A stretch of DNA of 32,000 bases, taken from Cereibacter sphaeroides 2.4.1. Lineage in GTDB: Bacteria > Pseudomonadota > Alphaproteobacteria > Rhodobacterales > Rhodobacteraceae. The stretch spans positions 2,280,001-2,312,000 of the forward strand of contig NC_007493.2 in assembly GCF_000012905.2 (NCBI RefSeq), read 5' to 3'. A program made the position numbers and the translations under genes. Position 1 is the first letter of the stretch, and each line of letters opens with the position of its first letter. Under the pieces are notes generated by a model that did no database searches, had not been told where the DNA came from, and saw only the letters and a list, made by a program, of their open reading frames with translations. Of this stretch, positions 14,925-24,568 are shown piece after piece.

Positions 14925-15800
14925 TCAGGGACGGCGCATCACGAGGCAGCACCATTCGCCGAGATCCTCTCGCTGGGCGAGTTCGAATCCTTGGGCGAGA
15001 TAGGCCTCGGTGATCGAGTCGGCCTGCACCACGAGCAGTCCCGACAGGATGGCCAGCCCGCCGCCCGGCGCCACATGGGCGGCCATGGCGGGCGCGAGCT
15101 CGATCAGCGGGCCTTTCAGGATGTTGGCGAAGACGAGATCGAACGGCGCGGCCGCGGCGATGTCGGGATGATCGAAGCCCGCGGCCTCGAGGCAGGCGAC
15201 CCGCCCGTCGAGCCCGTTGATCGCGACATTTGCTTCCGCGACCTCGACGGCCACCTCGTCGATGTCGGAGGCCAGCACCTGCGCCTCGGGGAAGACGCGC
15301 GCGGCCGCCATGGCGAGAACCGCCGTGCCGCAGCCCACATCGGCCACTTTCGCAGGCACGAAGCCCGCCTCCACCAGCCGGTCGAGGGCGCGGAGGCAAC
15401 CCAGCGTCGTGCCGTGATGGCCGGTGCCGAAGGCCACGGTCGCCTCGATCTGAAGCGCGATCCGGCCGTCCGGCACCTTGTCCGCATCGTGGCTGCCGTA
15501 GACGAAGAAGCGCCCGGCCTCGACCGGCGAGAGCTCGCGGCGGACCTTGGCCACCCAGTCGATCTCGGGCAGTTCCGACAGGGCAAAGGGCTTTGCGCCG
15601 AAGGCCGTCGCCAGAAGCTCGAGCACCGCCTCGGAGGGCTGTTCGAGGAAGTAGGCGCCCACCTCCCAGAGACCCGAGCCGTCCTCGATCTCGAACACGC
15701 CCACGCCGGTCGGCTCGGGCTCCATCCGCTCGAGGGCGTCGGCAAGGGCCTCGGCGGCCTCCTCGCCTTCGAGCGTGGTCAGGGCGGAATAGGTGGGCAT
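14925..15800 (-). CDS. prmA: ribosomal protein L11 methyltransferase
   Basis: 291 aa. FGTGHHGTT and the SAM-binding DVGCGTAVLAMAA motif are present, with PrmA-type N-terminal and C-terminal layout. Confidence 0.88.
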   Translation of the reverse strand: MPTYSALTTLEGEEAAEALADALERMEPEPTGVGVFEIEDGSGLWEVGAYFLEQPSEAVLELLATAFGAKPFALSELPEIDWVAKVRRELSPVEAGRFFVYGSHDADKVPDGRIALQIEATVAFGTGHHGTTLGCLRALDRLVEAGFVPAKVADVGCGTAVLAMAAARVFPEAQVLASDIDEVAVEVAEANVAINGLDGRVACLEAAGFDHPDIAAAAPFDLVFANILKGPLIELAPAMAAHVAPGGGLAILSGLLVVQADSITEAYLAQGFELAQREDLGEWCCLVMRRP

Positions 15801-15821
15801 GGGGCAGCCTCCGGTGCGGTC

Positions 15822-15843
15822 GGGGCGGGCCTATCCCCGCCCC
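15822..15843 (-). terminator. GC hairpin between msrA and prmA (no U-tract)
   Basis: GGGGCGGG-N6-CCCGCCCC forms a perfect 8-bp stem. It lies 20 nt after the msrA stop and 21 nt before the prmA ATG. Confidence 0.3.
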
Positions 15844-15863
15844 CGCCCCGCGTCAAGCGCCGC

Positions 15864-16538
15864 TCAGCGTGCGGGCGACGCGGCGCCGACCCCGGTTCCG
15901 ATCGGGCAGGACACCCCGGTGCCGCCCACGCCGCAGTAGCCGGCCGGGTTTTTGGCCAGATATTGCTGGTGATAGGCTTCGGCGAAGTAGAAGGGCGGCG
16001 CGGGAAGGATCTCGGTTGTGATCCGGCCCCGGCCGGCCGCGCTCAGCGCGCCCTGATAGGCGGTGGCGGAGGCCCGGGCGGCCTCGGCCTGTTCGGGCCC
16101 GTAGGTGTAGATGGCCGAGCGGTACTGCGTGCCGCTGTCGTTGCCCTGCCGCATCCCCTGCGTGGGATCGTGGTTCTCCCAGAAGAGCTTGAGCAGCATG
16201 GCATAGGAGACGACGGACGGGTCGTAGATCACGCGGACGGCCTCGGTATGGCCGGTGCGGCCCGAGCAGACTTCCTCGTAGGTCGGGTTCGGCGTGTAGC
16301 CGCCGGCATAGCCCACCATGGTGAGCCAGACCCCTTCCGGCACCTGCCAGAACTTGCGCTCGACCCCCCAGAAGCAACCCATGCCGAACACCGCCTCGGC
16401 CATGCCCGCAGGCACCGGCGATTTCAGCGGCAGGCCCGACAGGAAATGTGTCTCGGCCGTGGGAATCGGATCAGGCCGGCCGGGCAGCGCCTCGGCGGCA
16501 GAGACCATCTCGGACTTCTTACGGTTGAGCAGGAACAT
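15864..16538 (-). CDS. msrA: peptide methionine-(S)-sulfoxide reductase MsrA
   Basis: [10 protein letters not shown] active site, [24 protein letters not shown], and [18 protein letters not shown] lies upstream of the ATG at 16538. Confidence 0.92.
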   Translation of the reverse strand: MFLLNRKKSEMVSAAEALPGRPDPIPTAETHFLSGLPLKSPVPAGMAEAVFGMGCFWGVERKFWQVPEGVWLTMVGYAGGYTPNPTYEEVCSGRTGHTEAVRVIYDPSVVSYAMLLKLFWENHDPTQGMRQGNDSGTQYRSAIYTYGPEQAEAARASATAYQGALSAAGRGRITTEILPAPPFYFAEAYHQQYLAKNPAGYCGVGGTGVSCPIGTGVGAASPAR

Positions 16539-16566
16539 GGTGCGGCCTCCGGTTGACAGGGGACGA

Positions 16567-16617
16567 ATATAGGGAGGGCCGCCTGCCGGTGCGAGTCACG
16601 CTGACGGCACCGGAGGC
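16567..16617 (-). promoter_or_regulatory. msrA promoter region: CCTATAT -10-like box plus overlapping inverted repeat
   Basis: The minus strand has CCTATAT (plus-strand 16567-16573) about 28 nt upstream of the msrA ATG. The expected TTG 18 nt upstream reads TCG. An inverted repeat GCCTCCGGTGC-N14-GCACCGG(C)AGGC (16581-16617) covers the -35 position. Confidence 0.35.
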
Positions 16618-16759
16618 CCTGCACGATCACGCTCGCGCCATCGGAGCGCGAAAGGGGCACGCGCGCTTCTCCATTGGACGCAGCAGGCCTCCTTCCGGTG
16701 CAGGGGGGCAGCGCGCCGTCGGATGGGAAGGCCCCCTCCGGCACGGGGGGCGGCCGCCG

Positions 16760-18952
16760 TCAGAGGAAGCTCTGCGGATCGATGTCCACCGCGAGTCGCA
16801 GGTTCGCGGGCAGCTTCACCTGCGCGATCCATTCCGCGAGCGCGGCCTGCAGCGGCGCGCCCTTCCCCGCCTTGACCAGCAGGCGCACCCGGTGGCGGCC
16901 CCGCACCCGGGCGATGGGCGCGGGCGCGGGGCCGAAGACCTGCGCCCCGATCCGGCGCAGGGGGCCGTCGGCCCGGGCAAGCTCCGCGCCCGTCTCGAAG
17001 ACCTGCGCCACATCGGGCGAGGACAGGATGATGCCCGCAAGGCGCCCGTAGGGCGGCATCCCCGCCACGCGCCGCTCCTCGGCCTCGGCCCTCCAGAAGG
17101 CTTCCTCGTCGCCGCCGAGGATCGCCCGGATCACGGGGTGTTCGGGCTGGCAGGTCTGCACGAGCGCCACGCCCCGCCGGCTCGCCGAGCGCCCGGCGCG
17201 CCCTGCCACCTGCCGCACCAGCTGGAAGGTGCGCTCGGCAGCCCTCAGGTCCGATCCCTGCAGACCCAGATCCGCATCGATCACGCCCACCAGCGTCAGG
17301 AGCGGGAAGTTGTGCCCCTTGGCCACGATCTGCGTGCCGATGATGATGTCGGCCCCGCCCTCGGCGATGGCCGCGATCTGCTCCTTCACCGCCCGCGCCG
17401 AGCCGAAGAGGTCCGAGGACAGCACCGCCACCCGCGCCTGCGGAAAGCGCTCGGCCACCTCCTCGGCCAGCCGCTCGACCCCGGGTCCCACCGGCGCCAT
17501 CCGCCCCTCGACCCCGCAGGAGGGGCAGGCCTCGGGCATGGGCTTCGTCGCGCCGCACTGGTGGCAGACGAGGCGCTTCTGGAAGCGGTGCTCGACCATC
17601 CGCGCATCGCAATGGTCGCAGCCGATCTGGTGGCCGCAGGCGCGGCAGATCGTGACCGGCGCATAGCCGCGGCGGTTCAGGAACAGGAGCGACTGCTCGC
17701 CCCGCGCGATCCGGGCCTCGACCGATCGGGCCAGAGCCTCCGAGATCCAGCGGTTCGCGGGCAGCTTCTCGGGGCGCAGGTCGATCGCATGCATCTCGGG
17801 CAGCTCGGCCGCGCCGAAGCGGGCACCGAGGTCGAGACGCGCATAGCGGCCCTGCGCGGCATTCACCCAGCTTTCGAGCGAGGGCGTGGCCGAGGCCAGC
17901 ACCGCCGGGCAGCCGCAGATCGAGGCGCGCAGCACCGCCATGTCACGCGCATTGTAGAGCGCGCCCTCCTCCTGCTTGTAGGAGGTGTCGTGCTCCTCGT
18001 CGACGACGACGAGGCCGAGGTCGCGGAAGGGCAGGAACAGGGCCGACCGGGCCCCCGCCACGAACTGCGCCTGCCCCTCGGACACCATCCGCCAGAGCCG
18101 CCGCCGCTCGGTCGCGGTCACGCCCGAGTGCCATTCGGCGGGTCGCGCGCCGAAACGGGCCTCGACGCGGGCGAGGAATTCCGAGGTGAGCGCGATCTCG
18201 GGCAGGAGCACGAGCGCCTGCCGGCCGCGGCGCAGGCACTCGGCCACCGCCTCGAGATAGACCTCGGTCTTGCCCGAGCCGGTCACGCCCTTCAGAAGCG
18301 TCGTGCTGTAGCTGTCGGCCGCCACCGCCGCGACAAGAGCCTCGGCTGCCGCCACCTGATCGCCCTCGAGCCGCACGGGCGCGGCACCGGGATCGAGCGG
18401 CGGATAGGGCAGGTCGCGCGGCGCCTCCTCCTCGAGGATCGCGCCCGCCTTGACCAGCCCTTTCACCACCGAGCCCGTCACCCCCGCTTCGGCCGACAGC
18501 TCAGCGAGCGTCACCGGCGCTCCGCCATAGGCGGCCAGCGCGTCGAGCACCCGCTGGCGCGGCTCGGTCAGGCGCGCGGGCTCGTGGCCGGAGGCGCGGT
18601 AGACGCGCCGCACCGCCGGCGGCTCGCCCAGACCCGGCGCGCGGCTCGCGAGCCGCAGCATCGCGGGCAAAGGGGTCAGGGTGTAGTCGGCCGCCCGCGC
18701 CAGAAAGAGCCGCATCTCCTCGCGCATGGGCGCCGCGTCGAGCACCCGCTCGATCCCGCGGAGCTTCGCCGCATCGAAGCCGCCCTCGCCCGGCCCCCAG
18801 ACCACCCCCATCACCCGGCGCGGCCCGAGCGGCACGACCACATAGTCGCCCAAATCGCAGCCCCCTTCGGGCGCGCGATAATCGAGCACGCGGCCCAGCG
18901 GCTCGGTGGTCAGAACGCCCACCCGTGCGCCCTCTGCGAAGCGACCTGTCAC
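16760..18952 (-). CDS. priA: primosomal protein N' (replication restart helicase PriA)
   Basis: The 908-aa track ORF overlaps tal antisense, so it was trimmed to the GTG at 18952 ([15 protein letters not shown]...), which has AGGGAAG upstream; 730 aa. Walker [13 protein letters not shown], and the Cys-rich zinc region [13 protein letters not shown]...CHQCG...CPSCG are present. The start codon choice is uncertain. Confidence 0.85.
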   Translation of the reverse strand: MTGRFAEGARVGVLTTEPLGRVLDYRAPEGGCDLGDYVVVPLGPRRVMGVVWGPGEGGFDAAKLRGIERVLDAAPMREEMRLFLARAADYTLTPLPAMLRLASRAPGLGEPPAVRRVYRASGHEPARLTEPRQRVLDALAAYGGAPVTLAELSAEAGVTGSVVKGLVKAGAILEEEAPRDLPYPPLDPGAAPVRLEGDQVAAAEALVAAVAADSYSTTLLKGVTGSGKTEVYLEAVAECLRRGRQALVLLPEIALTSEFLARVEARFGARPAEWHSGVTATERRRLWRMVSEGQAQFVAGARSALFLPFRDLGLVVVDEEHDTSYKQEEGALYNARDMAVLRASICGCPAVLASATPSLESWVNAAQGRYARLDLGARFGAAELPEMHAIDLRPEKLPANRWISEALARSVEARIARGEQSLLFLNRRGYAPVTICRACGHQIGCDHCDARMVEHRFQKRLVCHQCGATKPMPEACPSCGVEGRMAPVGPGVERLAEEVAERFPQARVAVLSSDLFGSARAVKEQIAAIAEGGADIIIGTQIVAKGHNFPLLTLVGVIDADLGLQGSDLRAAERTFQLVRQVAGRAGRSASRRGVALVQTCQPEHPVIRAILGGDEEAFWRAEAEERRVAGMPPYGRLAGIILSSPDVAQVFETGAELARADGPLRRIGAQVFGPAPAPIARVRGRHRVRLLVKAGKGAPLQAALAEWIAQVKLPANLRLAVDIDPQSFL

Positions 18953-19046
18953 GCGGCTTCCCTTTTCCCTTGCGCCCCGATGCGCTATTACACCGCAGAC
19001 GGCGGGGGCGACACCCCCGCGGAACCCCGAGCCAAGGAAGATCCCC

Positions 19047-19706
19047 ATGAAATTCTTCGTCGACTCCGCCGACGTCGCGGCGATTGCCGAACTCAACGCC
19101 CTCGGCATGGTGGATGGCGTCACGACGAACCCGTCGCTGATCCTGAAGTCGGGCCGCAACATCCTCGAGGTGACGAAGGAGATCTGCAACCTCGTCTCGG
19201 GCCCCGTCTCGGCCGAGGTCGTGGCCGCGAAGGCCGAGGACATGATCGAGGAAGGCCGCCATCTGGCCGAGATCGCCCCGAACATCGCGGTCAAGGTGCC
19301 GCTGACCTGGGACGGGCTGCGCGCCTGCAAGGTGCTCTCGGACGAGGGCCGCATGGTCAATGTCACGCTCTGCTTCTCGGTCAACCAGGCGCTTCTGGCG
19401 GCCAAGGCGGGCGCCACCTTCATCTCGCCCTTCATCGGCCGGCTCGACGACATCAACCTCGACGGGATGGAGCTGATCGCCGACATCCGTCAGGTCTATG
19501 ACAATTACGACTTCAAGACCGAGGTTCTGGCCGCCTCGGTGCGCACGCCGAACCATGTCGCGGACTGCGCCCGGATCGGGGCCGACGTCATCACCGCCCC
19601 GCCCGCCGTCATCAAGGCGCTGGCCAACCATGTGCTGACCGACAAGGGCCTCGACATGTTCAACGCCGACTGGGCCAAGACCGGTCAGTCGATCCTTCTG
19701 AAGTGA
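19047..19706 (+). CDS. tal: transaldolase / fructose-6-phosphate aldolase family (short TalC/Fsa type)
   Basis: Trimmed to [10 protein letters not shown]... at 19047, with AAGGAAG upstream. TTNPSLI, the Schiff-base region IAVKVP, and SPFIGR are present. Confidence 0.88.
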   Translation: MKFFVDSADVAAIAELNALGMVDGVTTNPSLILKSGRNILEVTKEICNLVSGPVSAEVVAAKAEDMIEEGRHLAEIAPNIAVKVPLTWDGLRACKVLSDEGRMVNVTLCFSVNQALLAAKAGATFISPFIGRLDDINLDGMELIADIRQVYDNYDFKTEVLAASVRTPNHVADCARIGADVITAPPAVIKALANHVLTDKGLDMFNADWAKTGQSILLK

Positions 19707-19728
19707 GCCTCTGACCGGCGAGGACGGC

Positions 19729-20418
19729 ATGATCGAACAGGACCTGCGCGACAAGATCCTCGCGAGCCCCGAGGTGATCCTCGAGGATCGCGACCTGATG
19801 AAGGCCCTGATCGCGGCGAACGAGCGCGCGATGGGGGCCAACGTGATCGACCTGCGCGGCATCGCGATGGAGCGTCTGGAGGGCCGGCTCGACCGGCTCG
19901 AGGACACCCATCGCTCGGTCATCGCCGCGGCTTACGAGAACCTCGCCGGCACCAACCTCATCCACCGGGCGATCCTGCAGATGCTGGATCCGTTCGGCTT
20001 CGAGGAGTTCCTGCTGAACCTCTCGACCGAGGTCGCCCAGACGCTGCGGGTCGAGAGCATCCGGCTGGTGCTGGAAAGCCCGCAGCGCGAGGCCGATCCC
20101 GCCATCGACCGGCTGGGCGGCGTGCTTCAGGTGGTCGAGCCGGGCTTCGTCGCCGACTATGTGGCGGGCGGGCGCAACGTGCCGCTGCGCACGGTCACGC
20201 TGCGGCGCGCGCTGCCCGGGACCGCGCTCTACGGCGAGCTCTCCCCCCGCATCGCCTCCGAGGCGCTCATGCGGCTCGATTTCGGGCGCGGCCGGCTGCC
20301 GGGGATGCTCGTCATGGGCTCCGAGGATCCCGAGCATTTCAAGCCCACGCAGGGCACGGACCTTCTCGCCTTCTTCGCGGCCGTGTTCGAGCGGACGATG
20401 CGCCGCTGGCTCTCATGA
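19729..20418 (+). CDS. DUF484 family protein
   Basis: 229 aa with an N-terminal coiled region and a GAF-like C-terminus. The position immediately upstream of xerC, overlapping it by ATGA, is typical for DUF484. Confidence 0.7.
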   Translation: MIEQDLRDKILASPEVILEDRDLMKALIAANERAMGANVIDLRGIAMERLEGRLDRLEDTHRSVIAAAYENLAGTNLIHRAILQMLDPFGFEEFLLNLSTEVAQTLRVESIRLVLESPQREADPAIDRLGGVLQVVEPGFVADYVAGGRNVPLRTVTLRRALPGTALYGELSPRIASEALMRLDFGRGRLPGMLVMGSEDPEHFKPTQGTDLLAFFAAVFERTMRRWLS

Positions 20419-21335
20419 GCCTCGCGATCCCGCCCGCGGCGCGCGACGCGCTCGAGGCGTGGCTCACGCATCAGCGCGCGATCGAAGGCGCCTCGGCCCA
20501 TACGATCCGCGCCTATACCGCCGATGTGACGGGGTGGCTCGCCTTCCTCGCCGGGCATCTGGGCGAAGGCTACGGGCTGAAGAGGCTGGCCTCGGTGCCC
20601 CATGCCGACCTGCGCGCCTGGATGGCGCATGAGCGGGCCCGCGGCCTCGGCGCCCGCTCGCTCGCCCGGTCGCTGTCGGCGGTGCGCCAGTTCACCGGCT
20701 GGCTGGCCGAGCGCGAGGGCGTCGACGCGACCGCCGTCCTCTCGGCCCGCGGCCCCAAGTTCCGCCGCAAGCTGCCGCGGCCTCTGTCGGAGGCGGATGC
20801 GAAGGCGCTTCTGTCCACCGTGGCCGAGGACGCCGCCGAAGACTGGATCCGCGCCCGCGACCTCGCCGTGGTGACGCTGCTCTACGGCTGCGGGCTGCGG
20901 ATCTCCGAGGCGCTGGGACTGCCCGGCACCGCCCATCCCCTGCCCGAGGTGCTGCGCATCACGGGCAAGGGCGACAAGGAGCGGCTGGTGCCCTCCCTCC
21001 CCGTCGCGCGCGCGGCGGTGGCGCGCTACGCCGCGCTCTGCCCGTTCGACCTCGCCTCCGGTGTGCTCTTCCGCGGGGCCCGCGGCGGCCCGCTCAATCC
21101 GCGCCTCGTCGCCCGCACGATGGAGCGGGCGCGCGCGACCCTCGGTCTGCCGCCCACCGCCACGCCCCACGCGCTGCGCCATTCCTTCGCCACCCATCTG
21201 CTGAACGCGGGCGGCGACCTGCGCTCGATCCAGGAGCTGCTGGGCCATGCCTCGCTCTCGACGACGCAGGTCTATACCGCCGTGGACGGGGCCCGGCTGA
21301 TGGAAGTCTATGCGAAAGCCCATCCCCGCGCCTGA
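20415..21335 (+). CDS. xerC: site-specific tyrosine recombinase XerC
   Basis: An N-terminal SAM-like domain is present. The catalytic region has LLYGCGLRISE, HALRHSFATHLL and LGHASLSTTQVYT. The XerC rather than XerD call rests on the DUF484 neighbour. Confidence 0.85.
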   Translation: MSLAIPPAARDALEAWLTHQRAIEGASAHTIRAYTADVTGWLAFLAGHLGEGYGLKRLASVPHADLRAWMAHERARGLGARSLARSLSAVRQFTGWLAEREGVDATAVLSARGPKFRRKLPRPLSEADAKALLSTVAEDAAEDWIRARDLAVVTLLYGCGLRISEALGLPGTAHPLPEVLRITGKGDKERLVPSLPVARAAVARYAALCPFDLASGVLFRGARGGPLNPRLVARTMERARATLGLPPTATPHALRHSFATHLLNAGGDLRSIQELLGHASLSTTQVYTAVDGARLMEVYAKAHPRA

Positions 21336-21388
21336 AGGCCGGAGGATTCGCTTCAAGTCGCGGCACTTTCCATGTCCGGGTAAAGGAA

Positions 21389-21413
21389 TGGTGCACCAGT
21401 TTCACATAATGTG
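21389..21413. promoter_or_regulatory. two adjacent perfect palindromes upstream of the EF-hand gene
   Basis: TGGTGCACCA (21389-21398, 10 bp) and CACAT-A-ATGTG (21403-21413, 11 bp) lie in a locally AT-richer stretch, 30-55 nt upstream of the ATG at 21444. Confidence 0.3.
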
Positions 21414-21443
21414 GCTTCGTGATCCTTTAGACAGGAGGCAGCC

Positions 21444-22163
21444 ATGACCGTGATTGCGCTTTCCGGAACGGCCCGGTCGTCCGCGGTGATTGCGGCCCTG
21501 CGGCAGGCCCTGCCCTGGCAGCCGGGCCCGGCCGGCGGGGGCACCGCCCCGCCCGCTCCCGCCATTCCGCCGCCGGACCCCGTGCGCGGCACTCCCCTGC
21601 GGACAGACGGCCGGTCCCTCTTTCTGGCGCTGGTCGAGGCCGGCGACACCGATGGCGACGGATCGCTCAGCGCGGCCGAGCTCGACGCGCTTCTGACCAT
21701 GGAGAGCGGTGGCGAGGCGGAGGATGCCCCCTCCAGCAACCCCCTCGTGGCCCTGGCCGATCAGGACGGCGACGGGGTGATCAGCGCCGACGAGATGATC
21801 GCCGCTCAGGCCGCTGTGGCGCCGCCCCCTCCGCCGCCCGCGAAGACCGGTGGGCTCGCGGTGCTGATCGCCCGGGCGGACAAGGATGGCGACGGGGCGC
21901 TCTCCTCCGCCGAGATCGAGGCCGCCCAGATCGGCCCGACGCCGCAGAAGGCCGAGGAAGCGGCCGACCGTCAGGCGGAGACCGTCGCCGCGGCCGCCCC
22001 CGACCCGGCCACGAACGACCGTCAGGCGGAGCGGGCCGTGGCGATGGAGATCTTCCGCCAGCTGCTGCTCGACAGTTTCGCGCGTCCCGGCAAGGCCCCG
22101 GATGAACGTGAGGATGCGACGCGCACCCGACGCTTCCTCGAACGGCTGCGCGAACTGGCCTGA
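21444..22163 (+). CDS. hypothetical protein with three canonical EF-hand Ca2+-binding loops and Pro-rich linkers
   Basis: ACAGGAGG RBS. The three loops are DTDGDGSLSAAE (21645-21680), DQDGDGVISADE (21759-21794) and DKDGDGALSSAE (21879-21914). All three have D-x-D-x-D-G...E spacing. Confidence 0.7.
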   Translation: MTVIALSGTARSSAVIAALRQALPWQPGPAGGGTAPPAPAIPPPDPVRGTPLRTDGRSLFLALVEAGDTDGDGSLSAAELDALLTMESGGEAEDAPSSNPLVALADQDGDGVISADEMIAAQAAVAPPPPPPAKTGGLAVLIARADKDGDGALSSAEIEAAQIGPTPQKAEEAADRQAETVAAAAPDPATNDRQAERAVAMEIFRQLLLDSFARPGKAPDEREDATRTRRFLERLRELA

Positions 22164-22258
22164 CGCTCCCCTGCGCCTGACGGCGCGCCGCACCGGGGTC
22201 CGATCGAGAGCCGGAACGGCTGCTGCGACCGTCGGCCTGACTTGCCTCAGGGCGCGGG

Positions 22259-22975
22259 ATGCGGCATGACGGGCAGATGAATGCACGCCTCAAAGCCCTG
22301 TTCGTCCACCTGTTGACTGCCACGGGCGCCGTGCTCTCGATGCTGGCCATGCTGGCGGCGGTCGAGGGAAAATGGAGCCTGATGTTCCTCTGGCTCGTCG
22401 TGGCGCTCCTCGTCGATGGGGTCGACGGGCCGCTGGCCCGGCGCTACGACGTGAAGCGGAACTGGCCCACCTACGACGGCGTGCAGCTCGATCTCATCAT
22501 CGACTATCTCACCTATGTCTTCATCCCGGCCTATGCGCTCTTCAAGTCGGGGCTTCTGACCGGCTGGACCGGCTGGCTCGTCATCATCGTCATCGTCTAC
22601 GGATCGGCGATCTATTTCGTCGATACGCGCATGAAGACGAAGGATTATTCCTTCGCGGGCTTCCCGGCCTGCTGGAACATGGTCGTGCTCGTGCTCTTCG
22701 CGATTTCGCCCGGGGAATGGACCATCCTCGGCATCGTCCTCGCGCTGACCGCCGCGATGTTCACCAACCTCAAGTTCATCCATCCGGTGCGGACCGCCCG
22801 CTGGCGCATGATCTCGCTGCCGGTGGCCTCGGCCTGGGTCTTCTTTGCCGCCTGGGCCGCCTGGGTCGAGTTCAACGAACAGAGCTGGGCGCACTGGGGC
22901 CTTGTCGTGACCTCGATCTACCTCGTGCTGGCGGGCGTCGCCCAGCAGATCCTGCCGCCCCGCGAGAGGGCCTGA
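22259..22975 (+). CDS. pcs: phosphatidylcholine synthase (CDP-alcohol phosphatidyltransferase family)
   Basis: Multi-TM protein with DGVDGPLARR...DGVQLDLIIDYLTYVFIPAYAL, the DG-x2-AR...G-x3-D-x3-D motif in the Pcs-type spacing. The start may instead be the third ATG at 22277 (MNARLKAL...). Confidence 0.75.
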   Translation: MRHDGQMNARLKALFVHLLTATGAVLSMLAMLAAVEGKWSLMFLWLVVALLVDGVDGPLARRYDVKRNWPTYDGVQLDLIIDYLTYVFIPAYALFKSGLLTGWTGWLVIIVIVYGSAIYFVDTRMKTKDYSFAGFPACWNMVVLVLFAISPGEWTILGIVLALTAAMFTNLKFIHPVRTARWRMISLPVASAWVFFAAWAAWVEFNEQSWAHWGLVVTSIYLVLAGVAQQILPPRERA

Positions 22976-22982
22976 GCCGCCC

Positions 22983-23825
22983 TCAGAGCCGGGTGAGCAT
23001 CACGCCCGCCACGATCAGCGCCGAGGCCATGGCCTTGTCCCGCGTCATCCGCTCGCCGAAGACGAGCCATCCGATCAGCACGGCAAAGAGGATCGAGGTC
23101 TCGCGCAGCGCCGCGACCACCGCGATGGGGGCGACCGTCATGGCCCAGATCGAGATCGCATAGGCCCCGTAGGAGGCGGCGCAGGCGGCCGTGCCGGAAG
23201 CCCAGGCCCGGGCATCGGCGCGCAGGAGCGCCGTCCCCTTCCAGGCAACCATGCCGGTGCCGAAGATGAGCCCGTCGGCCACGAACACCCAGGCCACATA
23301 GGCCACCGCGTCGCCCGAGACCCGCGCGCCCAGCCCGTCGATCATCGTGTAGCAGGCCGTGGCCGCCGCCGAGCCCAGCGCAAAGGGCAGAAGCCTGCGC
23401 TCCTCGCCCGAGGTGAAGACCCCGCGCGCCATCAGGAGGATGCCCGCGCCGAGCACCGCGATCCCGGCATATTGCCCCGCGGTCACAGCGTCGGACAGCG
23501 CGAAGGCGCCCACCAGCGCCACCGCCATCGGCGCCGCCCCCCGCGCGATCGGATAGACGCGGCTCAGGTCGCCATGTTCGTAGGCGAAGGTCAGGAAGGA
23601 CTTGTAGGCGAAATGGCAGCAGCCCGCCGCGAGCACCCAGGGCCAGACCTCTGCCGCGGGCCAGGGCCGGGTCAGCGCGATGGCGAGCCCGATGGGCACC
23701 TCGGCCACCGACAGGATCACCATGGCCGCGACCTTCGAGGTCCCGACCTTGATGATCGCGTTCCAGCTCGCATGTAGGAAGGCCGCGCCGAGCACCGCCA
23801 GAAGGACAAAGAGGCTCATCCGCAC
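22983..23825 (-). CDS. DMT superfamily (EamA-like) transporter
   Basis: 280 aa with about 10 TM helices in two EamA-like halves. It converges on pcs with only 7 nt between the stops. Confidence 0.75.
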   Translation of the reverse strand: MRMSLFVLLAVLGAAFLHASWNAIIKVGTSKVAAMVILSVAEVPIGLAIALTRPWPAAEVWPWVLAAGCCHFAYKSFLTFAYEHGDLSRVYPIARGAAPMAVALVGAFALSDAVTAGQYAGIAVLGAGILLMARGVFTSGEERRLLPFALGSAAATACYTMIDGLGARVSGDAVAYVAWVFVADGLIFGTGMVAWKGTALLRADARAWASGTAACAASYGAYAISIWAMTVAPIAVVAALRETSILFAVLIGWLVFGERMTRDKAMASALIVAGVMLTRL

Positions 23826-23882
23826 CGCCTGCCACAGGACCCTCCACCGCTAGCCGGGCGGCGGCGCTTCCGCAAGGGCGGC

Positions 23883-24326
23883 TCAGATCAGAAGCGCGCC
23901 CTCGTGGCGCAGGAGCGCGATCTTGGTCTCGATCCCGCCCGGCGCCGAGAAGCCGCCGAGGCCGGTCGCGCCCAGCACCCGGTGGCAGGGCACGAGGATC
24001 GGCAGCGGGTTCTGCCCGCAGGCCCGCCCCACCGCCTGCGGCGGAATGCCGAGACCGCGGGCAAGCTCGCCGTAGCGGCGGGTCTCGCCGAAGGGGATCG
24101 CGAGAAGCGCCTTGTGAAAGAGCGCGGCCCGGCCGGAGCCCAGGGCCAGCGGCAGCTCGAACCGGGTCAGGCGGCGGTCGAAATAGGCCGCGATCTGGGC
24201 CGCGGCCTCGGCGAGAAGCGGGCTCTCGCCCTCCGCTTCCTCGTCGCTCCAGGAGAGGCGGACGAGCGTGCCGTCCTCCTCGATCAGCACGACCCGGCCG
24301 ACCGGCGTGAGGACCGCGCCCTTCAC
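23883..24326 (-). CDS. ogt: methylated-DNA-[protein]-cysteine S-methyltransferase
   Basis: PCHRV active site (LVPCHRVLG), FGETRRYGELA, and GIETKIALLRHEG. The GTG start forms a GTGA overlap with the DUF3253 stop. Confidence 0.85.
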   Translation of the reverse strand: MKGAVLTPVGRVVLIEEDGTLVRLSWSDEEAEGESPLLAEAAAQIAAYFDRRLTRFELPLALGSGRAALFHKALLAIPFGETRRYGELARGLGIPPQAVGRACGQNPLPILVPCHRVLGATGLGGFSAPGGIETKIALLRHEGALLI

Positions 24327-24568
24327 CGCAGGGACAGCCGCACCGGCCCGCGCACGGTCGCGGGATCGACGGGACGGCCCTTCTGGCTCATGACGAGCCT
24401 GCCCTCGGCCACGCAGAGATCCGCCACGCGGCGCACCTCCTCCATGTGGGCGCGCCAGTCGGGGCCCATGCGGCGCGCGGCCTCGGAGGGGCAGAAGCTC
24501 GCGCCCCTGCCCCGCGCCTGCGCGAGATCCATCAGGATCGCGCGCACCCGCTCATCCGAGCGCGTCAT
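24323..24568 (-). CDS. DUF3253 domain protein (81 aa)
   Basis: FCPSEAARRMGPDWRAHMEEVRRVADLCVAEGRLVMSQKGRPVDPATVRGPVRLSLR fits my recollection of the DUF3253 pattern (CPSE..AR...W...M..VR.....G.....QKG..VDP....GP.RL). The start lies 17 nt inside the ileS 3' end. Confidence 0.65.
   Translation of the reverse strand: MTRSDERVRAILMDLAQARGRGASFCPSEAARRMGPDWRAHMEEVRRVADLCVAEGRLVMSQKGRPVDPATVRGPVRLSLR

Noticed and set aside
16553-19501. 982-aa plus-strand ORF antisense to priA, and similarly 3454..5442 antisense to nifA and 1795..3405 antisense to nifB
   Set aside because: The reasoning is the same. These are low-complexity Arg/Gly/His-rich translations lying opposite clearly identifiable PriA, NifA and NifB coding sequences.
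21389-21430. dif-like site next to xerC: the minus strand reads ..CACATTATGTGAAAC, resembling the XerD arm TTATGTnAAAT
   Set aside because: The partner half-site is only 1 nt away (CACAT-A-ATGTG) instead of across a 6-bp central region. The 11 nt in the XerC-arm position (AGGATCACGAA) do not resemble GGTGCGCATAA-type arms. Also, dif need not be near xerC. These bases are kept only as palindromic operator candidates.
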